The position numbers were made by a program, and so were the translations under genes. A stretch of 24,000 nt of DNA from an uncultured Planctomycetaceae bacterium (GTDB taxonomy: Bacteria > Planctomycetota > Phycisphaerae > Phycisphaerales > Zrk34). Under the pieces are notes generated by a model. It saw only the letters and a program-made list of their open reading frames with translations. It did not search any database and was not told where the DNA came from. Below, one piece after another: positions 9,163 to 15,031 of the stretch. Every line of letters starts with the position of its first letter. The stretch's first letter is position 1. The DNA lies in assembly GCA_964458935.1 (NCBI GenBank), contig CAYWKS010000011.1, positions 45,764 through 69,763 on the forward strand. The letters are read 5' to 3'.

Positions 9163-9191
9163 ATCATACGCAGCCCCACCGGGGGTGTAAA
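9163..9191 (-). promoter_or_regulatory. near-consensus sigma70-type promoter, leaderless with respect to gene A
   Basis: Minus strand reads TTTACA (9191-9186), a 17-nt spacer, TATGAT (9168-9163), then CGGCGAC and ATG at 9155. Both hexamers match 5/6, which is unusual in this GC-rich context. Confidence 0.5.
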
Positions 9192-9236
9192 CCATCAGAC
9201 GCGCACCCGCGCCGCTTTGTTCATACCGATCCACCC

Positions 9237-9737
9237 CTACAGCAGATCTCTCAGCGGTCGGCTGATCCGACCGAACGGCCCGGCCGGCACGTGCACCGTC
9301 CGCCACTTGGCGCTACGCTCGGTCATCAGCGGCTCGTAGTCGTCCACCAGCGCCCCCAGCACCGAGTACCACCGCTCGCGGTACTCGAAGACCTCGTGGA
9401 ACAACGCATCGGGGGGCTGCGCCTCGCACCAGTACAGGAACACGAACGCCGCGGCGAACCCTTCGCCGAAGACCGTCTGCCACTGCCGCAGGTCACTCAC
9501 GTCGTCCACCGTCACCCAGTTGTGCAACTGGTTGCCGGTCTTGCCGGCGTGCTTGCGGCCCTTGACGTCGACGAGCAGATTCCGACCCGACTCGCCGTAC
9601 ACCACGAAGTCGAAGTTCTTGAGCTTGACCTGGCCACGCAACGCCTTGCGGGCCTCGTCGACCGCCACGTAGGGGATGCTCCGGGACCGGAGGTAGTGCT
9701 CGAACGCCTGGTCGTAATGAAACCGCCGCTGGACCAC
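9237..9737 (-). CDS. HYExAFE-motif protein with PD-(D/E)xK nuclease-like signature (166 aa)
   Basis: N-terminal FHYDQAFEHYL matches the H-Y-E-x-A-F-E signature used to name an uncharacterised family. NFDFVVY ... LLVDVKGRK fits a D ... (D/E)xK restriction-endonuclease-fold core. The only possible start is GTG 9737, because an in-frame TAG lies 9 nt upstream. Confidence 0.7.
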   Translation of the reverse strand: MVQRRFHYDQAFEHYLRSRSIPYVAVDEARKALRGQVKLKNFDFVVYGESGRNLLVDVKGRKHAGKTGNQLHNWVTVDDVSDLRQWQTVFGEGFAAAFVFLYWCEAQPPDALFHEVFEYRERWYSVLGALVDDYEPLMTERSAKWRTVHVPAGPFGRISRPLRDLL

Positions 9738-9848
9738 CCCCCCAGTCTACCGCGCCCCACGCCGGGGCAGAGCCAAGCGCCGCCCCGGGTCCCCCGGCCC
9801 CATCATCATCAACCCCCTCCCCGCAAGCCCGTCTCCATCCCCCGCCGA

Positions 9849-10748
9849 TCAGCGCCGCCGCCGCCCGCCCAGCAGCAATCCACCCAGCCCCAACAGCCCC
9901 AGGGTCGTCGGCTCAGGCATCCCCGGATGAAACTCGATCGTGTACGCCCCGCCATACCCGTCCGCATCCGCACCGTTGAACCCGAAGTCCGCGAACTCGC
10001 TGATCGCGAACAACGCCGTCCCGTCGGCATTGACACGACCGGTCAACTGCGATTTCAACTGCTCGGGTCCGTCGTCATTCAGCTTCAGCAGCGTCCCGGT
10101 CTCGTCGAACACGCCCAGCACCGAGTCGAACCGCGCATCGACGACCTCGATCTGGAAACGCTCGCCCGGCGTCAGGCCGGTGACCATGAAGAAGTCCGGG
10201 TCCCCCACCGCGGTGCTGCTGCCCGAGAAACTCGTCGTCCCGACCTGGATATACAGGTCATAGCCGCCCTGCTGCGCGTGCGACCCGTTGAACCCGAAAT
10301 CGCTGAACCCGGTCACGTCGATGTTGATCGAGCCGTCCGGGTTGACCGTGCCCGACAGGCCCGACCCCCGTCCGTTGCCGCCGCGCAGCGGGCCGCCGTC
10401 GTCGTCCGACGCGATCGGGTTGAAGTTCGCGTCCAGCGTTCGCATGATCGTGTCGTTGTCGGCGTTCAGATCGGTCGCGGTGAACGCGAAGAAAGGCTGG
10501 CCCGGCGTCATGGACCAGATCCGGAACTTGTCGATCTCGCCCGGAGCGAGGCTGCCGGTCGTCGCCACGCGGGCCGAAAAATCGCGATCCAGCGATCCGC
10601 GGATGCGCGTCGTCGACGGGCCGAACACGTTCGCCGTGCCCGGTGTGTCGTTGCCCTCCCATTCGCCGACCTGGACCGCTCCCGCCTGCGCGGCACACAA
10701 CACAACCACAGCGCACACGACAGTGCTCCACAGCCCTTGGATACTCAT
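9849..10748 (-). CDS. secreted PEP-CTERM-anchored protein with two tandem PPC-like domains (299 aa)
   Basis: ATG 10748 starts a signal peptide (MSIQGLWSTVVCAVVVLCAAQAGA) and follows GGGAGAG. The C-terminus MPEPTTLGLLGLGGLLLGGRRRR has the PEP motif, a TM helix and an Arg cluster. EGNDTPGTAN and DDDGG blocks resemble pre-peptidase C-terminal domains. Confidence 0.85.
   Translation of the reverse strand: MSIQGLWSTVVCAVVVLCAAQAGAVQVGEWEGNDTPGTANVFGPSTTRIRGSLDRDFSARVATTGSLAPGEIDKFRIWSMTPGQPFFAFTATDLNADNDTIMRTLDANFNPIASDDDGGPLRGGNGRGSGLSGTVNPDGSINIDVTGFSDFGFNGSHAQQGGYDLYIQVGTTSFSGSSTAVGDPDFFMVTGLTPGERFQIEVVDARFDSVLGVFDETGTLLKLNDDGPEQLKSQLTGRVNADGTALFAISEFADFGFNGADADGYGGAYTIEFHPGMPEPTTLGLLGLGGLLLGGRRRR
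9930..10541 (-). repeat. intragenic tandem duplication of a ~95-100 aa domain in the PEP-CTERM gene
   Basis: Copy 1 (10541-10242) reads GEIDKFRIWSMTPGQPF...DDDGG...LSGTVNPDGSINIDVTGFSDFGFNGSHAQQGGYDLYIQ. Copy 2 (10205-9930) reads GDPDFFMVTGLTPGERF...NDDGP...LTGRVNADGTALFAISEFADFGFNGADADGYGGAYTIEF. Shared anchors are TPG, DDG, VN.DG and DFGFNG. Confidence 0.7.
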
Positions 10749-10858
10749 TCGCGCTCTCTCCCTTGCGTCTCTCAGTCCCAACTGGCCCACCTGACCAGAT
10801 GTGGCCACCGCCCCGTGACGCTCTTCCTGGCGCACGGCAACATAAGCTCTCGCCAACA

Positions 10859-10887
10859 CCTATACATGCTGCCACCACCAATTGCAA
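10859..10887 (-). promoter_or_regulatory. candidate promoter of the PEP-CTERM gene
   Basis: Minus strand reads TTGCAA (10887-10882), a 17-nt spacer, TATAGG (10864-10859). It sits directly downstream of the terminator-like hairpin and gives a ~100-nt leader to ATG 10748. Confidence 0.4.
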
Positions 10888-10890
10888 TGG

Positions 10891-10951
10891 AAAAAGCCAT
10901 TAAGACCCGAAGGCGCGCCGCGTGACCGCGCCCCCGGGCCCGCCCTTAATG
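10891..10951 (-). terminator. intrinsic-terminator-like hairpin followed by a U-run (minus strand)
   Basis: Three-tier stem. 10898-10904 CATTAAG pairs with 10945-10951 CTTAATG. 10906-10909 CCCG pairs with 10935-10938 CGGG. 10912-10917 GGCGCG pairs with 10927-10932 CGCGCC around a 9-nt loop. On the minus strand the hairpin is followed by GCTTTTTCC (plus 10897-10889). Confidence 0.45.
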
Positions 10952-11453
10952 TCCAATAAACGCCCCGACGACGACGCGAGCCGCCGGAGACCAAACCATG
11001 CGCACGGCTGCGCAGCGATCGACGTCGGCCGCCGCGCGAACTCGAAAATTTTCATCGCGTTGACATACATGGACTTAAAGACGTTTTCGGCCCCCCCGCG
11101 GCGCCCCGGCGCGCAGCCGCGTGGTGCTGCGCCCCTCTGTAGAGGCCCATGATGTCCATGCCCGCACCCATCTGCTCTTCCGCCCGCCAACCTTCCCCCC
11201 GCCCATACTCCGCCCGACAAGTCCGGTCCGCCCGGACAGACCCGGCCAGGCCCAGCATCGCCTCTCACAGCTCGCCAGCGAGGCCGGACCGAGCACCCCG
11301 GCACGCGCAAACTCAATCCAGCAATTGCTTTATCGCCGTCGCGACACTTTCCGGGCGAAGGGGGTGGGCGGACAAGCGACCCGTTCCGGCGCGCATGCCC
11401 GTCGTTTGCGGCTTATGCGGCGAAAATCGCGGTCAGGACGCGTTGCCCGCCGG

Positions 11454-12746
11454 TCACGACGGACCCGTGCTCAGCCGATCGGCCAGGTCGCTCAGCGGAC
11501 ATTCCACCTGCTCGCCGCTGGCCATGTCCTTCAGGCTGGCGACGGCGGTGCCGACGCTCTGGCCGTCCAGGATCACGGCGAACCGCGCACCGCCGGCGTC
11601 CTTGAGCAGTTTGCCCACGTTGGTCGTCGTGCGGTAGCTGAAACGCGCATGCAGCCCCGCCGACCGGAGCGCCGCCACCGTCGGCGCGACCATCGGCCTG
11701 GCCGACTCGTCCGCGGCGAACACGAACGCATCCACCGGGGGCATCACCTCCGACGGAGCCAGCCCCTTGTCCTGCAGCACCAGCGACAGCACCACGTCGC
11801 CCATCCCGAAGCCCACCGCCGGCATGGCCGGCCCGCCCATCAGCTCGATCAGCTTGTCGTACCGCCCGCCGCCGGCCATGGCACGCTCGGCCCCGCTGAC
11901 CTCGTGCACCTCGAACACCGTCCCCGTGTAATACGCCAGGCCCCGAACGATGCCCAGGTCATACTCGCACCACGGCGCGATCCCGAAGCCGCTCAGCTCC
12001 GCGTCCAACGCCTCCAGGTCGCGGATCGACGCGATCCCGATCGACCGCTCCAGGTGGTCCACGTCCCCGGCCGGGTACTTACGGCGGCACATCTGCTCGA
12101 ACCGCTCGACCTTGTACTCGTCCAGGCCCAGTTGGCCGGCTTCCTCGGTGAACTGCGCCGGCTCGAGCTTGTCCCGCCGATCCAGCAGGTCGAACGCCTC
12201 CAGCATCTTCTCGTCGCTGACGCCCAGCTTCGAGAGGATCGTCCGCACCGTCTCGCGGTGGCTGATCTTGACCTTGACCTGCTCGGGCGTCAGGCCCAGC
12301 TCCCGCAGCAGGTCCACGCATGTGAAGATGCACTCGGCGTCGGCGCCCGTCGACTCCGAGCCCAGGAAGTCGATGTTCCACTGGAGAAACTCACGCAGCC
12401 GCCCCCGCTGCGGCCGCTCGGCCCGGCAAAGATTCGGGATGCAGAACCACTTGATCGGCCGGGGCAGGCTCGCGGCGCGGCTCGCCGCCATCCGCGCCAG
12501 CGTCGGCGTGAACTCCGGCCGGATCGCCAGCTCACGCCCGCCGCGGTCCTGGAAGTGGAACAGCTCGTTCACGATCCCTTCGCCGCTCTTGACCTTGTAC
12601 AGGTCCAGCGACTCGAACGTCGGGCCCTCGACTTCCTCGAACCCGTTGCGGACCGAGACCTTCCGCCACTGGCCCTCCAGCCATCGCCGCCACGCCATCT
12701 CGTCCGGATAGAAGTCTCGCGTCCCTTTGGGGCCTTGGAATCTCAT
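11454..12746 (-). CDS. hisS: histidine--tRNA ligase, 430 aa
   Basis: MRFQGPKGTRDFYPDEM N-terminus, class II motifs (ELAIRPEFTPTLARM, FCIPNLCRAERPQRGRLREFLQWN, GGGRYD) and a C-terminal anticodon-binding domain. I prefer ATG 12746 over the track GTG at 12791. Confidence 0.93.
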   Translation of the reverse strand: MRFQGPKGTRDFYPDEMAWRRWLEGQWRKVSVRNGFEEVEGPTFESLDLYKVKSGEGIVNELFHFQDRGGRELAIRPEFTPTLARMAASRAASLPRPIKWFCIPNLCRAERPQRGRLREFLQWNIDFLGSESTGADAECIFTCVDLLRELGLTPEQVKVKISHRETVRTILSKLGVSDEKMLEAFDLLDRRDKLEPAQFTEEAGQLGLDEYKVERFEQMCRRKYPAGDVDHLERSIGIASIRDLEALDAELSGFGIAPWCEYDLGIVRGLAYYTGTVFEVHEVSGAERAMAGGGRYDKLIELMGGPAMPAVGFGMGDVVLSLVLQDKGLAPSEVMPPVDAFVFAADESARPMVAPTVAALRSAGLHARFSYRTTTNVGKLLKDAGGARFAVILDGQSVGTAVASLKDMASGEQVECPLSDLADRLSTGPS

Positions 12747-12809
12747 GCTGCAAGCATCCTCACCAGTGAGCCAACCGCCGCACGCCGTCACGACGCATCA
12801 AGCCACACC

Positions 12810-13622
12810 CTACCGCACCGCGACGACGTACGCGATCCAGGCGGGGTCGGCTTCGGCGTGCTTGCGGCGACGGAACACGCCGTCGCCCTCGCCGTCTTCG
12901 TCCGTGCCCTCCCAGTACACGTCCGCCCGGCTGAACCCCGCCTCCAGCAGCAGCTCCCGCACCTCGGGCAGCGTCCAGATCCGCCACTCGTACTGGAACG
13001 CGTTCTTCCACCGGGTCCCGTCGCGGAACGTGAAATGAATGGCGAACCGCGCGTAGTGCGTGATCGGGTCGAAACGCTGCTGGTGCCAGTGGTAGGTGAA
13101 CCCGTCCTTCCGGGTCGAGTCGGTGTGATCCTCGAGGAACACCTCGCTGCCGCCCATCATGTCCAGCACCATGACGCCCTGGGCGTCGAGGTTCCGGCGG
13201 GCCGCCTCGAAGTAACCCCGCAGGCCGTCCCGGTCGGTGAACCCGAAGAAGCTGAAGTTCTGGGCGGCGAGCACGTCGGCCTTCTCCGGATGCACGTCGC
13301 GGACGTCGGCCTCGAAGAGCGTGACCCGCGCTCGCGCCTCGGCGTCGAGCCGGCTCAGCACGTGCGACCGCGACCAGGCCAGCGGCTCGGGGTCGTTGTC
13401 CACGCCGATGGCCACCCGGCCCTTGCGGCTGCCCACCCACGCCGAGCACACCGCCGCCGTCCCGCAGAAGTCCTCACGCAACAGCATCGGCGCCCGCCCG
13501 TACTCCTTGCGATACACCCGCTCGAAGAACTCCACCTCCACCGACGGCTCCTGCACGCTCTTGAGGTACAGGTCGTAGCGGTCGGCGTTGCGACGCGTCA
13601 GCTTGTGTTTCTTCTTGGCCAT
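12810..13622 (-). CDS. class I SAM-dependent methyltransferase MT1 (270 aa)
   Basis: ATG 13622 (MAKKKHKLTRRNAD...). The Rossmann motif I region reads LREDFCGTAAV, followed by AIGVDNDPEPL, ADVLAAQNFSFF and GVMVLDMMGG. The C-terminus is PAWIAYVVAVR. Paralogous to MT2 along its full length. Confidence 0.85.
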   Translation of the reverse strand: MAKKKHKLTRRNADRYDLYLKSVQEPSVEVEFFERVYRKEYGRAPMLLREDFCGTAAVCSAWVGSRKGRVAIGVDNDPEPLAWSRSHVLSRLDAEARARVTLFEADVRDVHPEKADVLAAQNFSFFGFTDRDGLRGYFEAARRNLDAQGVMVLDMMGGSEVFLEDHTDSTRKDGFTYHWHQQRFDPITHYARFAIHFTFRDGTRWKNAFQYEWRIWTLPEVRELLLEAGFSRADVYWEGTDEDGEGDGVFRRRKHAEADPAWIAYVVAVR

Positions 13623-13661
13623 AAGCGGTACATTCGTAACGATGTCACGCGGAACTCGCAA
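13623..13661. promoter_or_regulatory. 19-bp divergent start-to-start spacer with back-to-back -10-like hexamers
   Basis: The spacer 13623-13641 is AAGCGGTACATTCGTAACG. Plus strand: TACATT (13629-13634) ends 7 nt before ATG 13642. Minus strand: TACGAA (13638-13633) ends 10 nt before ATG 13622, with TTGCGA (13661-13656) 17 nt upstream inside the MT2 coding region. The core TACATTCGTA is quasi-palindromic. Confidence 0.35.
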
Positions 13662-14439
13662 ACCCGACGCCGCCCTCACCGCCCGCAACGCCGACCCCCA
13701 CGCGCTCTACGAGCAGTCGGTGCAGCGGCCCGACGTGATCGTGGGATTCGTCGAAGAGCTGTTCCATCACACGCGCGACCGCGCGCCCCGCATCCTCCGC
13801 GAGGACTTCTGCGGCACCGCGCTGCTGTCGTCGATGTGGGCCCTCAGCGAGCCCGACCGCCGCGCGATCGGCGTGGACCACGACGCCGCGGTGCTCGACT
13901 GGGCACAACGCCACAACGTCCAACCGATCGGCGACGCCGCCCGACGCATCGACCTCGTCCACGGCGACGTCCTGCACTCCCGCCGACAGGCCGACGCCCT
14001 GGTCTCGCTCAACTTCTCGCACTTCATCCACCACGACCGCGCCGCCCTGCTCGGCTACCTCCGGCACGCACGCCGATGCATCAAGCCCGGCGGGCTGTTC
14101 ATCTGCGACGCGTTCGGTGGGCCCGAATCCATCCGGCCCTGCCTCGACGAGCGACGCTTCAGCCGCTTCGATTACCTCTGGGAGCAGCGGGCGTTCGATC
14201 CGTTGACCGGCCGCATCGACTGCCGCATCCACTTCCGCTTCCGCAACGGGTCGGTGCTGCGGGACGCGTTCGCGTACGACTGGCGGATGTGGTCGCTGCC
14301 GGAATTGCGGGAGTTGCTCGCCGAAGCGGGGTTCGACGATCTGGGCATCTACTTCGAGTCCGAAGAAGGCTTCATCGCCGACTTCGACGCGGTCGGGTTC
14401 GACGCGTGGGTCGCCTACCTCGTGGCCCTGCGGGATTGA
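13642..14439 (+). CDS. class I SAM-dependent methyltransferase MT2 (265 aa)
   Basis: ATG 13642 (MSRGTRKPDAALTARNAD...). Contains LREDFCGTALL, AIGVDHDAAVL, ADALVSLNFSHF and GLFICDAFGG, and ends DAWVAYLVALRD. Paralogous to MT1. Confidence 0.85.
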   Translation: MSRGTRKPDAALTARNADPHALYEQSVQRPDVIVGFVEELFHHTRDRAPRILREDFCGTALLSSMWALSEPDRRAIGVDHDAAVLDWAQRHNVQPIGDAARRIDLVHGDVLHSRRQADALVSLNFSHFIHHDRAALLGYLRHARRCIKPGGLFICDAFGGPESIRPCLDERRFSRFDYLWEQRAFDPLTGRIDCRIHFRFRNGSVLRDAFAYDWRMWSLPELRELLAEAGFDDLGIYFESEEGFIADFDAVGFDAWVAYLVALRD

Positions 14440-14452
14440 GTAGGATCACTGG

Positions 14453-15031
14453 ATGCGTATCGTCGCGGGCACACACAAGGGCCGCCGGTTGCTCGGCCCG
14501 GCCGACAAGGCCACCACGCGGCCGATCACCGATCGGGTGAAGACGGCGCTGTTCGACCGGCTGGACGCGGCGGGCCGGCTCGCCGGCGCGGTCGTGGTCG
14601 ACCTGTTCGCCGGCACCGGCTCGCTGGGCCTGGAGGCGCTGAGCCGGGGCGCGGATCACGTGACGCTCATCGAGCGCGACCCCGGCGCGCGGGCCCGACT
14701 GACGCGAAACGTCCAGGCGCTGGGCGCCGGCCGCGAGGTGAACGTCGTCGCCGGTGATGCGCTGTCGGGCTCGATCCTGGCGGCGCTGCGGCGGCCGCCG
14801 ACGCTGATCTTCCTCGACCCGCCTTACCGGATGATGACGCGGGAGACGGACGCGGCCCGCGTGCGGCGGCAGGCCGAGCGGCTGGCCGAGGCCGCCGACG
14901 GCGGGGCGCTGCTGATCCTGCGGACCGATAAGCACGTGCCGGCCCCGCCCCTGGCCGGGTGGGCGGAGCCGGCAAGCCGCACGTATGGCTCGATGGTCGT
15001 GCACGCCTACCCGCGGCAGGCGAACCGATGA
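14453..15031 (+). CDS. rsmD: 16S rRNA (guanine966-N2)-methyltransferase
   Basis: MRIVAGTHKGRRL...TRPITDRVKTALFD N-terminus, DLFAGTGSLGLEALSRGA SAM motif and the DPPY catalytic motif. AGGA lies 8 nt upstream of ATG 14453, which is 13 nt after the MT2 stop. Confidence 0.9.
   Translation: MRIVAGTHKGRRLLGPADKATTRPITDRVKTALFDRLDAAGRLAGAVVVDLFAGTGSLGLEALSRGADHVTLIERDPGARARLTRNVQALGAGREVNVVAGDALSGSILAALRRPPTLIFLDPPYRMMTRETDAARVRRQAERLAEAADGGALLILRTDKHVPAPPLAGWAEPASRTYGSMVVHAYPRQANR

Noticed and set aside
9291-10925. 544-aa plus-strand ORF across the HYExAFE and PEP-CTERM genes
   Set aside because: It spans two independent minus-strand genes and their intergenic region and has a Pro/Arg/His-rich low-complexity translation. 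The minus-strand frames carry a signal peptide, a repeat structure and a PEP-CTERM tail.
11217-11247. RNase P RNA-like snippets (AAGTCCGG ... ACAGACCCGGCC)
   Set aside because: These are only short partial resemblances to the conserved GGAAAGUCCGGGC and ACAGAACCCGGCUUA regions. The other universally conserved RNase P blocks and the expected ~350-400 nt architecture are not present in the gap.
11121-14540. 1139-aa plus-strand ORF spanning the gap, hisS, MT1 and MT2
   Set aside because: It runs antisense to hisS and MT1 and out of frame through MT2. It has no motifs and an extreme Arg/Pro/His content. The opposing and alternative frames have textbook HisS and methyltransferase motifs.
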